A stretch of 64,000 bases of DNA from Takakia lepidozioides (GCA_030704615.1 CM060734.1:34720001-34784000), one strand, 5' to 3'. Shown: positions 25,701-40,300, counted from the first letter of the stretch. Translations and numbers: made by a program. The notes: generated by a model from the sequence alone, not told the origin.

Positions 25701-28700
25701 GATGGAAGTTTCAGTGGATCACCTGTGACCTCCTGTTTCCCTCTCCTTGTCACAGGACCTCCATCAAAATCTTACTTCAGCAGGTCGAAGATTCCGATGT
25801 GAAGCAACAGTATGTCCTAAATATTCAGACCTTGCCTTTTGAACCTGTGTAGTTTTCTGAAGAATGTTCCTTGAATGGGACAAGATTTATGACTGACCAC
25901 CTCCTCGTATCTACTTTTGGCTTTCTTGGTGTGAGAAGTGTGTATTTTCATTGCCTTGGCTAACTTTGCTATCCACAAGGAATCCAGGAGGTCTAGTTTC
26001 CTAACTTGCCATTTGCTTTAAGGATCTTCCCCATGCAATGATAGTCCAGTGCTACTCTCCCTGTAAGTTTCTGCAGTGTACTGACTGCAAAGAGGGAAAT
26101 AGGTGGGTGCAGCTCTTCCAGTGTTGTCATCATTGACACGGTTGCTGGATGTTGACAATGTTCAGTCCATAACGAGTGCCCCCAGTGGTAACGTATTCTA
26201 TATAAGACCCAGCCTTTACAGTGTGATCTGATGTTTCATGGCTGCGGTGCGCGTCATTGGTGTAAAAGAGGTCTTGCCAGATTTAATGCTTCAATCAGAT
26301 GTCTAATAAGGCTTCTATAAGTTTGCAGTAGTTTGATTTAGATCTGTGTATTGATCCATTTTGATTTACCCCTGCTTTGTTTCGTGGGCTTATGGCAGAG
26401 TGAGAAGCTTATTCAAGGGGTGTGCAGGGACATTGAACTATATCATGACGGGCTTGCAAGATGGGAAACCCTTCAGCGAAGTTGTGAAGTCTGCCCAGGA
26501 ATTTGGATTCACTGAGCCAGGTCTATCTTGGTCACTGCAATCTGAGACATACTTGCCTGCGTGCAACTTCTCTAGTGTTTGTTGGGACAGTTCTTGGAAG
26601 CTCAAATTTCTGTGACACGCTATTCCCCTTAAAGGGTACTGCTCGGGGCTGGGTTCTCTAGTTTCATTAATTGAGTGCAAGTGTTGCCTCTCTTTGCATA
26701 GAACAGAATCATGTCACACACGTCTTGGCCGTGAATCTTACTGTAATAGTGCGGGGTTCTCTAATGAAAGGAAGGACACGAAAGAAGTGGTGTAGATCAC
26801 AAAAGGATAGAATGTGCTGCGAACATCCTTTTTCCTTTCTCTTACGCACTATCCCATCCTCCTGTTTACATAACACACCTCTTCTTCCAGTCTCTGCAAC
26901 TGACTGTTCAACCACAACCACATGCATCTCATCTGTGTAGGTAGAGGTGGATGTGTGATGGCAGCAAGATGGTTTTTGCACTGATGCATAGTCTCTCCCC
27001 TGTTGGATAGAATTTGGATGTAGCCCCAACTGGTAATAATGGAAATCAAGGGAGGGTTGGGTACATGTACAGATCCACGTGATGATCTCAGTGGAATGGA
27101 TGTTGCTCGCAAGGTATTTTCATCCCTCTCCTGTGCCCTCTTGTCCTTTCCCGTTGGTACCCAAATTGTGCTCGGGTAAATTGAACAGCATCTGATGTAG
27201 TTTTTCTTGATCAAAACAACTGTGATCCTCTCTGGGGAGTCCAAGGTTGAGTGGGAATACTTGCCTCAAGTTGACGCTGCAGTAAAGAGGTTTCTTGTTT
27301 AGAGAGGTCCTAGTCATCTTCATATCATAGGCGAGTACTGGAGGGAGCCTTCTGCAATTTAGTGGCCCACATCCTACTCTCCTGGGGTCACTCTTTCCCT
27401 TCTCCTCCCCTTTTCTGTTCTGTATAACCTGGACCTGTGGGTCTTTGAACAACAAAACTTCGGCAAGAAAAGCTTATTTGAGTTTGTCTTCACATCCCCC
27501 CACAACAAAGGATTTGTTTCTTAAGCACTGATTAAACAAAGGATTTGTTTCCTAAGCACTGATTACTCGAAGAGGGATTTTCATTTCACCTCTCAATACT
27601 ATAGTCTAAGGCTAACTGTGGGATATGTTAATGATTCAGACTCTCATTATGGCGCGGCATATGGACCGGACTATCCTCATGGATCAAGTGGAGGTGCTGT
27701 ATTCCTTGTTGAACATTTGTAGCCGCATTATTCTGGATTTGGAAGGGCTCAGAATTGGTTTTTACTGATGTTAGGAATGGGTGACGCTACAGGTTGAAAG
27801 TCTCTACCCAGCGGAAATGGGACCAACCCATATGTCCTTGAGTGAGTTTTTTGAGAAAGGTCTGCCCTCTCTCGAGGCCAAATTGCAACTGCGTATTGAA
27901 GCTGCGGCTGCCAAGGATTGTGTGCTTCGCTTTACTTCAGTTATAGATCGTAGCAGGTTCTCTCCCTGTCTCACCATCCTCGTTTCCTTTATTCATTTGT
28001 TCAGCTGACATTGGTCTATGATTTTGTCTGGATGGGTCCTCCTTCTCTTCTCTCCGGTCACTAGTTTCTAAATGAGAGTAATGCAAATTTTCAGATGCTT
28101 GTACACTCATTTTCACGGTCAGGTACAAAATTATGTACAGAATGTGGGTCATAGTGATGGGCCTTTTGCAGATTCCGTGTTGGCCTGGAGGAGGTACCCA
28201 GCAACTCACCACTGGGCTGTCTACGTGGAACTGATAACTTGGTACTCTCTCTCTTTGTCTCTTGCACACTGATTCATTGTCCAGGGTTCTCTCACCAGAG
28301 AGACGCTCTCTTCAAATCTATCAAGGGAATTGTGCCTGTACCTCTGTTTACCAACTTTGAAAGTCTCGAGGCTGAGCCAAAAGTCCAGGCCCTTTTGGCA
28401 CCTGGTTATTGGGCAAACCACACACAGCAGGTTGATGCTTGGTAAAAGGATTTCTAGTGGATATCTGGAAAATCCGGATCAATTGTTCATTGCAAGGTAA
28501 GTCTTACTACCGGCGTCAGCCCCTGACAAAGGTAGGTTCTGTCCCTTTGTGTTCCGCTCAAACTGGGCGCTGGGTCAATGGCCACAAGGCTACGACAAAC
28601 ATCGTCTTATGAGTACATTCTGCTCTGATTTCACATTGCAAGAGAGGAGTGTAAGTTGAAAGATTGTATCTGAAGCAGTTGTAATGTTTGCCTGTCTGGT

Positions 28701-28849
28701 CTATGCAGTTTCAAATCTATACGAATAGCTATATGGCGCCACATCCTCTTGTGATCCAAGGGGCGGGAGCAGGCAACCAGACCACAGCTGTGGCAGTGCT
28801 TTGTGATATATACGACATGCAAGACTTGTTCAGGCTGAGCCCTTCGTAA
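22793..28849 (+). CDS. Monofunctional homoserine dehydrogenase-like protein (At5g21060-like); exons 22793-22900, 23460-23607, 24248-24334, 25195-25310, 25756-25809, 26103-26187, 26428-26520, 27073-27113, 27640-27693, 27793-27956, 28172-28241, 28709-28849
   Basis: All 12 exons are GT-AG with consistent phase. Motifs LLGCGGVG (NAD binding), VVVDCTAS, VLANKKPL, EATVGA, SGTLNY, GFTEPDPRDDLSGMDVARK, VESLYP, LRGTDN, PLVIQGAGAG...TA. Confidence 0.93.
24540..24620 (-). mobile_element. Short LINE family B 3' tail fragment
   Basis: gaaatgaaatgaaatggtgccttacaacgtccgcggaaagctca, matching the 20-kb units. Confidence 0.6.
28269..28618 (+). mobile_element. 5'-truncated LINE family A copy in last HSDH intron
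   Basis: Colinear with 2762-3112 (LIHCPGFSHQRDALFKSIK...). Confidence 0.88.
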
Positions 28850-30829
28850 GCATGAAGTTCTAGAGCTTGACAAATAGTTTTGATTGTGCTGCTAGCAGCT
28901 GAGATCCTATGATATAGTTAAGTATAGAGTCTAGTGGCAACCAGTTTCTATGAATGTGGGAACTTTGTTTGGAACTACCTAGGAAGATTTGATGTAGGCT
29001 GACTGTTGGAACAAGGAAGAGGGGAAAGCTTAGTTCAGAGTCATCGGAGGCCTATTGTCATGCAAAAAGTACTACATCTATGGGTACACTGTTTATGCCC
29101 ATGGTCTATTGCTGTGAGGCATTTTTCTGTAACGAATGGGCAGGGCCTTAACATGTAGTGATTCTTGCTTTGGCACAGCTTGCTTTGTTGGTTTCTCTAG
29201 CTCGCCATGACCGAGTGTACCCATTTTGCATGTTCTTTTCACCCAATTAGGTCACATAACAGATTGTGAAATCAAACTCGTGCACGGTGGCTGACTATCC
29301 AGGAACACCATCGAGAGAGTATAGGTTTAAGGAGAGGGACAACATGTGAAGTAACAGGACAATGGAGGTATGAGAGACAACCTGTAGTGCAAGAAGCAGT
29401 TGTCTTCTTAGGTATGGTACATCAATGCACCAAGATAGGGAATCACTAGATAATTGAGTTCATTCTGGCATTAGGAAGTAATCTGTCAAAATATTCTTAG
29501 CTTATACTCCACCATAGCGACTCTTCCAATGTCGGACACTAGCTTCACTGAAATTAGTGGTGATAACTGTGGTCCATGCTCTCTCTATAAAAACTTCACT
29601 TTACATTCGAATTTGCTGTGTTTGCTATTACTACCCACATCCTTGAACTTGGTAACTGACATGATGGTCTTGATCAGTGTCTGCTGGATTTCAAGGTCTG
29701 CAGTCTGCACCAGGTATCAAAGATCTCTTCAAAAATGAAATACCCAGCCGTTGTAGATAACAAAAATTGACATCTGGTGTACTACGCAATACCCAGCCAA
29801 AAACCTGCCAATATCCGTCCTAAAATCGGTGACTGTATGTGTGTTCTGAGTACTGGTTGGTCATGTAAAACCAACAGAGGATACATAAAATGTCACAAGT
29901 ATCATGACCTTCTATCTTGTTTAAACAGTGGAACAGTTACATTCTGCCCTGTTTGCTGCTTTCTAAACACAAGTTCCATAGCAAACCGTGTTGTCACAAC
30001 TGATCATGTATCTGTTTAAAACAATTTCCTCCGTGCCAAACCATCTTCTCTTGGCCTCTGGAGCAACCACAGAAGTTTGAAGGAAGATTTTCCTCTATGG
30101 ATTCACACCCATGATACTTATTTTGTCCCTTTGACTTCTACACTCCCCTGATTTCCTTATGTCAATTGAAACATTGAACCTAAGGGAGTGCACAGGAATG
30201 CTCTTTTGTTGAGTGGATGGTCATCATAACCTGGAAGTAATGGTCAATTGACATTAATTTTCTGCAGTCATTTTTACCTATTCACATCAGAGTTGCATCC
30301 ATTTGAAGACAGCGTTCCTGTCAGCCTTCAGTGCAAGTCTCTTATCCTGAAGGATCTAGTTTATTATGAACTTTTCACTGCATGTTGGCTGAATATCTAG
30401 GCCCACGGTAGGCAGCTGCTGAAGATCGCAGCATAGAGGAAAAAGCCCTCCATATACAGAGTAGCTATGTGTTCCACAAATTGTTGATTACTCTATCTCA
30501 AGTTTTAGAGAGTCTCTTGCCATTCTTGGAAAGTTGACCATGCTACATAGCTGCTGATTGGTGAGGTGATTGCAGTAAGAACCTCTCAACAGGATCTTAC
30601 TTGGACATCATCATCCTCCCAGGTAGACGTGATACTAGTTGATTGTTCCAGGATTAAATCTTTCGATTTCAAGGTTTAGCAAGCGACTTCAGATCCCAAG
30701 CTCTCCAAGATAAAGGGCAAACTGTGTTTAGGTTTTTGAGTCACGACGAAATCTGGATAATGTCTGTAGGATGGAGAGGCGAAATCAGAACCGCAGCAGT
30801 GCCATAGCTACCACTAGTATTTAACATCC

Positions 30830-31272
30830 TTCTTTAGCAGTCTCTAGACCGGTGCTGCTATGTGAGCGTACTTGCACGTGTATTGTCTGTAAAAACTTGT
30901 TTGTCCAAGGAAGTTTTTAAGCTTCTTTGGATTCTCTGCTGGTGGTATTTTCTTGATATTGTCCACCTTCTTTGGGTCAACCAGAAGTCCCTGCTGGCAC
31001 ACAATGTGTCCCAATAGTACTCCTGAATTTACACAAAATGTGCATTTCTCGGGGTTTAGACTTACCCCATTGATCCTACATGCTTGTAGACATAGTTTGA
31101 ACTCTGCGGTGTTTGGATTTCTGTCCAAAGACACTGAAATCATCTAAGAACACCTGCATGAAATCATTGAGATAGCTCTTGAAGATTTCTGACACCACTC
31201 TTTGAAACGTGGCAGTTATGTTGCAAAGTCCATATGGCATGACTTTGTAAGCGTAGGCTCCCCATTTAGTGA
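30830..31272 (-). mobile_element. Ty3/gypsy reverse-transcriptase remnant
   Basis: Minus strand gives AYKVMPYGLCN...FQR...QVFLDD and SLNPEKCTFCVNSGVLLGHIV...VDPKKV...FLGQTSFYR, with a frameshift. Confidence 0.85.
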
Positions 31273-32133
31273 TGGTTCCATCGCATCAATGTTGGAATTT
31301 TTCAAGGTAGACCACATATCAGTGAAATGACCATCACATCGTACTTCCTACATGGAGTCTCTTAATGACTGTCCATAGCCCATGTTGAGTTCAATCCCCA
31401 ACTTGGCTCATGTTAGAAAAAATTTGAGCTATTAATAAACTGGGGATACTCTTCAGCACAAGGTGTAGAGTGCATTCATCAAATATATTTCATTTGTCAA
31501 ATGACATAAACTCATTGTCACGCTTTTGGATTATCTTAATATTTCTAGTTTGATACGCATTTGAAACTCCAAGACAATGTGTGCTACGACTGTATATAGA
31601 CCGATAGTGGAGCTTGATCATGGATAATTTGTGCTTCATCAGGTTCTATAAATTGCCAACATCAAAGCATTGCAAATCCGTCATATCATGATACGCAAAA
31701 CACATGTTTAGACAGCATTGGATGAAGAATCGTAGATGGATGACAAGAATGGGTGAGTGTATGCTGACATGAATAGGTGAGTGGACTAGCTTGAAAAGGC
31801 GAGCCTACTAAACATGGATAGGTGAGTCTACTTCTAACCAAGTGAAAATTCATAACTACTTCGTAACTACTCCAAAAATTACTAAACAACTTGGGATGGG
31901 TTCCAAATTACATTGCCCATATAGGGAAAATAACACATTGTAAAGAAAAAACGTAATTTTAGGTGTATTTCTTATTTTTTACGGTATTGTTAGTGATTTT
32001 GTTTCTCCAGAAAATGGAAAATAGTAAAGAAGTAATAAAATAATGAACATGAAATTTTTACTGCTCAAAGAAAGAGCACTTGTCCACAGAAATTTTCCAA
32101 TACACAGGTAATAATAGAGACATGATAAGGACA

Positions 32134-32751
32134 TCAGGCTGAGGATTTCAAACTGTGGAGGATTAACGGCACGCCATACTTGGGATGCTGAGTTATTTTG
32201 ACTTCTGGACAGTGCCTGTAGGATGGAGAAAGACTAAATCGGAAGCGCTGCAGCACCATAGCCAGAATAAGCTTGGTCTCATTCAAAGCAAAAGTCTGGC
32301 CAATACAAACCCGTGGCCCATAAGAGAAGGGCAGGAATCCGCAAGGGGCCTGATTGCATGCTTTTGCAACACCATCAGCAAACCTGCCGGGATTGAACTC
32401 CATAACATCCTTACCCCAGATCTTGGGGTCGCGATGAAGATGAATTATCACTATTTGCACGCCCAATCCTTTGGGTATAAAGAGATCCCCCAGCTGCATG
32501 TCCTTTGCCGCCACCCTGTTAATCATCGGGAGAGCTGGGAACAGCCGCAGCGTCTCATTCAGTACCATTCCCACCTGCACCCACAAGGTATCACATCGAA
32601 ATAACAGTAAGAATGGAGCCTGCAAACGCCAACGGTTACAAGATATGTTGTATGGGGGGTTATGATCTACTCATCCTCGACTCCCAGTATTATCAACAAT
32701 TTATCACCACGGAACTCAGAAAGAGAAAGAAAAAAACAAAGAGAGAGAGAG

Positions 32752-32785
<34 letters not shown>

Positions 32786-35114
32786 CTCTATTTAACTACT
32801 GAATTGCGTCCCTTCTAGGATGCAGGCATGTACATAGACCATTTGGCAGGTCTCGACAGAGAAGGATTTCACGAGTTTGGGGACGGTAGCTACACAGCAG
32901 AGGTCCACTCGTATCATTGCTCAATCTTAGGTACCGGCTTGCCAGCAATTGCACCGACCTAACCCAATCTACGGTCTAGTACTTGGATGCGGGCCAGCCT
33001 TCAAACAGCCTTCTTTGGTTTGTCAGATCTCTAGTAGTCTTTTGCAAGCGATAGAAGATCCACTACTTTTTTATGTAAGATTCCACAGCTATAGAGAGAG
33101 AGTGAGAGCGACTCGCTGACGCATACAGAATGTAAATTTTGACTGTTCAAAAATGAAAGAAATTTGACTTAACGATTTTCATTCTTCTGAGCATGGATGC
33201 TTCCACAGGTTCGCCAACTCCCCACACGTCAAACACTTCTTCACGTGCGCGCTCTTGCCACTCGGGGTGTGCGGCCAACAGCATTATTGTCCATTTCAAT
33301 AGCATTGAAGTTGTCTCGTGCCCAGCAAAGTAGAATGATTTGCAGTTATCGATCAAAGCTTGCATGCCAAATTTGGCTTTGGTCCCCTCGGTAGAACTCT
33401 CTCCAGGCTTGCTTGCAACAGCTGCCGAGAGCATCAGCCCCAGTAGATCATTTCCATAAGAATTATCACAGCGCCCGCCTATATTGCTCACACTGTCTTG
33501 CAGCCTTGATTGGATGATATCGGTAAGGTCTTTCCTAATCCCGTTTTGAAGTTCAGCAAGCTTCCTATTACTTGCCGTGGGAAGGAGGCTGCAATCATAC
33601 GAGGGTCAATCTTAGCTCTAGATCTCATTTATTTGTGAACTCAAGATTCTTCTTCTGCAGCGGGGCGTGGGGTTCATTGCACGGATCTCAAGATTTCAAG
33701 GATATTTCAGACCGAACTGCTCTGAAGTTCGACCGCTTTCCTGCACGGAAAATTTGAAAGATGCAACAACTGGGTTAAAACTCCCGGATAATTTACCTGT
33801 AGCCAGGTATCCAGATTAACGGATTAAGGAATCTAGATTGCACAGTCTCTGAAAGAGCATGCAGATAATCGAACACCTTCTTGCCTTCTTTGTAGCTGCT
33901 GCCAAATAATGTACGCGCAATAATGTCTGCCGTGACAAGGACAAGATCTTCGCTAACTTCGAATTCGGCCGAACCCCCTCCATCACTCACATTCTGTTTC
34001 CACCTTTCCATCATTGGTGCAGCGCCCTCGACAATGGCTTCTACCATTCCCTGCAGGTTTGAACATACCTTAAGTACTAAAGCTTCACCGTGCATGACAT
34101 GGAAACACTGATTATTCTGGACAAATTAAAAACATGAAATGTGCATGGTCATGTGGGAGTTGTACTTCCTCGCTTCGAAATGCTAGTGTGCCCAATGTTG
34201 AGCACACCCAGCCTCTCAGCTTTCTAGATGCCCCTTTTTTCTTCTTCTATATCCATGGTTGAGGATCTATGCCAGACTTCCACACGAATAACCTAAAGAT
34301 ATGAGTACTTATAATATATATATTGAACATGTATATATATCTGACCTAGTCTGCTTAACTCCTCTGATCTCCCAACAGGCGACAGTATAAGACGCAGGAA
34401 AGTGTCCAGACCAGCATAAATGTATATTGTAATTGAAGCACGCCTGTACATAATCGGGCAAACCTTGAGAGCTTCAATATGAAATGCTGGGGTCACAGTT
34501 CGTCGCTGAAGAGCCCATTCCTCCCCATCCCTTACTGTAACCAAACCTTTGCCCATCAATGGAGTCATGATATACTCCTCTGCGGATGACTTCTCGAAAT
34601 GCCCAAACTTGCTCGAGAGTATCTCCTTGACTAGTTCTGGTTCTGTCACTGTCATCCTAGGTTCATAGCCCCACCAAAAGATGAACCGGCTGTCTGCACA
34701 TCCAACGAGCACACTTAGTCTATTCAATTTTCAAGCGGGAAAAGGTAAGCGCTACATAAGGCATTTCTAAGTACTACATACGTCAGAGCTATGGGTGTCA
34801 TTACCACGGTAAACTTTGGACCAGTGAACGTAAATTGGGGCGACTCGTGAGATAGTATCGTAGTTGCCAACTGCAGCATCCTCCAAAGTTGCGGCCCTGT
34901 ATTGAAGCTTTACCATCTCTAACATGTTTCCCACCACAGGTCGATAAGGGGGCCCCCGCACGCCCTGCCTTCGCATGATGCGTTGCAGTTTCATAGGTGT
35001 CAACCAATAATCTCTCACCCAAGACAGAACTTTCCGGAGCATTAGGAGTAACGCCACTGTGGAACCCACAAGGGCTAGTGTCCTCCATATCTGGTATTGC
35101 TGGCCAATTTCCAT
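32134..35114 (-). CDS. Cytochrome P450, CYP72 clan; exons 34805-35114, 34464-34693, 33797-34050, 33174-33588, 32134-32574
   Basis: Five exons in consistent phase. N-terminal TM, QGVRGPPYR..VGN, I-helix FYFAGHETT, ETLR, EFNPGRF, heme motif FSYGPRVCIG. The 5-exon layout is typical of the CYP72 clan. Confidence 0.95.
32740..32783. repeat. Compound (AG)n(AT)n microsatellite
   Basis: Directly visible in P450 intron 4. Confidence 0.9.
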
Positions 35115-35669
35115 AGCACAGCTATATCTATATCGCTCGATGCTGGCAGCTGCCTGGGAGATGGCCCGAGACTGTACAGCTGGTCAAGATTCCAGTACAA
35201 CCATGACAATGTATCAGCTTTCCCACTTGAGGAATAAAATTTCTGAAGAGAGGAGATCCCTTTGCACTTGAGATAGGCGAAAGTTCCCGTTGTGACTACA
35301 AGAGAACATTCAATTTGTATATGCGAAGGATAGAGCTCAAGAACAGTACAGAGACGAGGAGAGAGCAAGAGCCTGCTAACTTCAGCGAAATTCTGTTCAT
35401 ATGGGCCTCCATGAGCCCATCACATTCCTAAGGGGAGCTGAAACAAGAGAGGAAGAAGAAAGGGAATCTTGAAAGAAGCTTATTAATCTCTAGGGGAAGC
35501 TCAAAGAGCTTATCACGCCGGGACAACAGAAAGCATATGATCAATACTGGTCAGGTAAAAAGGTACATAGATCATATGCCGCCAGACATCTCTGATCTTC
35601 GTAATGAAGGAAGAAACGAAGTTCAAATATCGAGAGAGATCGAGAGAAAGAGCTCTAGAGGTGAATTGA

Positions 35670-35890
35670 TGAAATGAAATGTACAAAGGATACTGTTTAA
35701 CGTACTCGGAAAGCTCAAAGAGCTTAAGAGACGAGAAATCATGAAACAAGAAAGAGAAAGGGCCCCTCAAAAAGCAGCCCAGAAACAACATCGATTTCTG
35801 AATGGTTTGTCTACTTAGAGCATGCAGATATGCTGCTAGCTAAGCATTTGTGATCCTCGTACCTTCCTCGTAATGGAAGCCCTCTACAGT
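35670..35890 (-). mobile_element. Diverged LINE family B 3' fragment
   Basis: gaaatgaaatg...cggaaagctcaaagagctta...aagcatttgtgatcctcgta, similar to the 20-kb units; a further partial copy lies at ~35495-35610. Confidence 0.6.
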
Positions 35891-36689
35891 GAGGCTATCT
35901 CGGAAAGAAAGCAGTTCAAGTAGGAGAAAAACAGAGAGCTCCCTGACAGATAACAGACTCTCATAAATACATCACAGTATCATGCGGTCGTGAAAGAGAG
36001 CTAAGAAACACAATTTAAGGCGTTTCCTAAATCCGTTAGAGGGCACCAGCGCTGCGGTATTCGGTCCAGGTGCATACATGGCAAACGAAGCACTTCCATA
36101 GTTGGTCAACCATTTCCGAGCCATTTCCTGAACTGTCCGGATGCCTACAAGAATCTTAGGAGAAGTCCTAAACACTTTGGCACTAGCTGGCATCCTAAAG
36201 AGCATATGTCCCTTGGTCGGTAAGCCTTACTAAGTTTACTAGATATACTCTCTCAAGGCGGTGGTGGAGCCTTCTAGAAGGGCCCACACCCCCTCATCCC
36301 CACCGCCACATCCTGCTTGAGGAAAGCTCTAGAAGTAGGAGGGTGGGCCACTTTCACCATTCCGACATAGGGCACTAGGTATGTCAACGTGGGGTACTTT
36401 TTTTTCACATTTCTCTTCATTTGAAGATGGGTTAGGTTCCAAAGTTACATTTTTTAAGGGGGCCCTGCAGAGCGCACCAAAGTGGAGCCAAAGTGAGGTG
36501 GAGGCCAAAGAATTCCTGAGAAATGTGGCCCTTACCCGAGGTCTTATACACGTGTCAAGGCGCTGATTGGTGTGTTGTGCTGAGTCATGCTCCCTGGTCA
36601 CCCGCTGCCGGCAAACGCCCACCCCCCCCAGTCTTACCTTCCTCTTATGTTGTGCCAAAGCAAAGCAAGAGAGCCATATTGCCGTTTGA

Positions 36690-37365
36690 GGCTTGTTTAG
36701 TTATTTATTCGGCTCAATCGTCGCACGGAGGAGAATGGATAAAAGAGAAGCTCCTGAGGATATGCTCACCGGCTTTATCGAGGCAAAGTTGGAAGATGGT
36801 TACACCGTTGCATACACAGACGCCCAGATATGCGATATACTCTTGCAGGTTTTGCTAGCTGGCCATGTGACCACCGCCATCCTTATTGCATGGGTGGTGA
36901 AGTTCATGAGAACCAAGATATTCTCCGACAAGTTGAGGTAGAGTACTTTATTGAAACTAAATAGTAAAGTTCTGCACAGACTAGTATGTACTTGTAGAGA
37001 TGGTCAGTCATATAAACTGTATAAGGGCTTAAAGGCACTCACCGAGAAGCAACTTGTTGTCGATGTCTCTCTCCTATATTATATTATACCCTGTCAAAAT
37101 CAAGTTCCTTGACTACGTCATTCTTCTACATTAATTCTAACCATAACATTGTAGGAGTGAAAATATAATTCCAGCTGATGTAAAGTCCTTGATTAGTAGT
37201 GGGATATATACAAGCTTAGTAGTAAGAACTGGAATCAGGGATAAGGTAATTATGATTCCACCAAATCCACCTTCGGTTAATTTGTTGGTGCCTGCAGGCT
37301 GAGCATGATCAGATTAGGAAGAAGAAAGCAAGCGACAATGATCCGATTACTTGGTCAGAATACAC
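36690..37365 (+). pseudogene. Orphan cytochrome P450 fragment (CYP85-clan-like), two exon remnants
   Basis: EDML.GFIE...TDAQICDILLQVLLAGHVTTAILIAWVVKF...DKLR|gt (to 36938), then ag|AEHDQIRKKKASDNDPITWSEY (from 37298). No N-terminal or heme-binding exons found. Confidence 0.75.
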
Positions 37366-40300
37366 AACGGAGATGCCGCTCACTCAACGGGTAATCACAT
37401 GAACTGAGCCAAATTACATTCACTAGAAGGAAAACGCGGAATCTCTGTTAACCACTCATATTGAGTAGTAAAAGACATTTAACCACTCCAGCTCTAGAGT
37501 GATGAAGATCTAGATCTGGCGTTATACCTACGGCCAGTTGCAGGTGTTTTAAAGATGTGTCTGTCTTGGTACCACCGTCTGTAGGTCCTACATATATATA
37601 TATACTCTAGATTTGCTTGAGTCCCATTATCTAGAAAATTCGCATGTTTCAAAGTTGATCTTACATGCAATTGAGCCGCTTTACCGCTCTACACTAGACC
37701 TAACGTCTTTTACTAGTTCAGGCTTCTCGAGCCCTTCAATCATAGTAACCTTTTTGGCTACAATATTACCAATTGCAGGTGATTCAGGAAACCTTGCGTA
37801 TTTCGAATGTTGCGCCATATTTACCTAGAGAGTCAATTGAAGACGTGGAGTACAAAGGTGAATATCAGCTCTTCACAATACTCTAATTTCACTGTTCATC
37901 AAACTCATACGTTCCAGTTCCTGATATTGGATTACCCTCGTGATGATGCTCAAATGAACTTTGTTGGTATCTTAAGAATACATTTTGAATACACATCACG
38001 AATACATATGGATAGGACTACTCTGAATATGTCTTGTGAAATAGTAGAATCCCTCTGGACAGTAGCCAACGCAGCAAGTCAGTTCAATGCTCGTGGACCT
38101 GAAACTTCGCTACTACATATATTGTACGGAACTCAAACTAGCATCGTCTGCACTTTGTGCTGAAAGGCAGTGCAAACCTATTTATTGGCTTAAAATAAAT
38201 TTAAGTTCATCGTCTGCACTTTGACGTATTCCCACTTCTCCCTCGCGACTTACTTCATGTTCTTGTCAGGTGCTGGGGTCCACGATTGCGTGAAAAGCGT
38301 TTGTCAGTTGAAGCCACGCTCTATAAAAGAAAGATGTCCAGGTAACCATTTGAAGAAAATGTGCATCCTGCTTTAACACTTACATGCGTCTCTAGCGTGC
38401 GCAGGGATCTCCTTCAGATTCGTCTACATATATGCCTTTTGGCAATGGCAAACGAATGTGTGTGGGTATTGAGATCGTGAAGGTGGAGGTCTCACTATTT
38501 GTACATTACCTCGTGACTAAGTTCAGGTAGGACTTTTCCCTAATTCATCACTTTACTTGCTGATGTGCATGTGCCGGCGAGACCAGTACAGCTACATATT
38601 GTTGACAGACTCCTGCAACTTTAGACATTCTTAAAACTATTCAATCTCCTTCAATAGCCGTCCAATAGCTGCACTGACCTGCATTAATGCATCCATGATG
38701 CTATGTTTCTGCAGTTGGACTCGGGCAGGATCAAAAGATAATGGCATAACCTACTGGCCGGCTGCGAGACCCAGAGGTCCTTATCCCATCACAGTCACGT
38801 GGAGGCTGAATAACTTCTGACAATCCAATTACCACATTTATGCTTAAACTTGTACTGTAAATATTCTTCCCGGAGAAGTGATTCCATGACTGCACCATAC
38901 GTAGCAGTCCCTTCACAATCCGAGATAGCTCTAGGTTCCAGGTCTATTCATGTGATTAAAGTTAAGTGTGAAGATGCTACTGAAGTCTTGGACACTATTT
39001 GGGATGAAGATTATATAAACTACATAGATTGTAACAATTAACATTTCATAGAATAGTTTGGAAACACAATACAATCTCAACTTAAAAAATAAATTGTTGT
39101 ATCTACAAAAACATCAAGCTCACTTGAGGTTTAATAAAACCAGGTCATGACGATTAAATAATGATCAGTCGACATACCCTGTGAGCAAAGGATGCAACCA
39201 ACGGCTCAAGTCCCTGCCCTCGTCCCTCCAAGGGTGCGTAGGAAATTAGTGAAGGTTGATGCATTCGTCTCCCGATATCCACAATGTACAGGTCCTGTCA
39301 CCAGTTTATTAATGCGAACGCCTCATCCTGCATGTCACCTTTAACAGCCCCAAAGATTACCCTGCCTGGGCACCTGATATATAACAATGTAAATCTGAGC
39401 ACTAGAAGATATTAAAGACATCGTTCTTGCGGACTCTCGAAAACCTAATTGCATGCACGAGATCATGCCCGAGTATCGATCCTTTCTTCGATCTAACACG
39501 ACGTGTTGACTTTTCTCTTAGATATATGCCTCCAGTCAGTCCTAAGGACTACAACTTGTTCCAGTGGAGAGCCCCCTGAAGTGTTCCGAGAAGTGTTCGC
39601 AGACTGAAGTGTGGATTTTCTCTCTATGTTTGATTTCTCTTCATACCTCAATTGAGACATTAATCTACAGACACACAATCCTCTCTCTCTCTCTCCTCTA
39701 AGTTATTCCACTTTCGCGACGAGTGTTCATTCATTGTGGCCATGCAAACAACTAAGTCATCCATCCACCATGGTCTCTGCCCGCGGGCAGACCCAACAAA
39801 ACTCTTCTCAAGGACTGGGGATATGGCGGGGGATCGTAGGCCTGAGAGCGCGGGAAAGCCACAGTGTGTCCACTGCACATTCCCGCTTCTGGATCTTACG
39901 ATGAAGTGGCAGAGGTGGGAGGATGCTTAGTGACAGTGAACTTTTGTTGCAAGATTCTTCCAGAGGGCATCGAATTCAGTGTGGGGGTAGTCAAATCTCT
40001 TCCCTTGAAGCAAACAATCCGTCGTGTCGTCTGGTTGTCTTAGATGTGGGCGAGGTTAATGAAGTCGTGAGTCATCGGCGTAAAAATATATAGAACGCCG
40101 TGCAAGAGCTTTGGTTCAAGCATGGCTACGGACGAACTGGAGGGCGTGGAGAATGGTGAGGAGCCAAAGCTCCCGGAGTTCAAGCTAGGTGGGGATATCT
40201 TTTGTCCGAGCCCCTTAGTCATGGTCTGTCCTCTGTTGATGCTGATGTGTTCTTGTGTCAATTTATGAAGCAATGTTACAGAATTCCTATGAAATCTGGA

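Noticed and set aside
27504-27565. 31-bp perfect-like tandem duplication in an HSDH intron
   Set aside because: Ordinary local slippage duplication with no further structure.
37600-38000. Possible MuDR SWIM-like remnant on the minus strand (CKINFETCEFSR.W)
   Set aside because: A single weak motif amid stops; not enough to call without a profile search.
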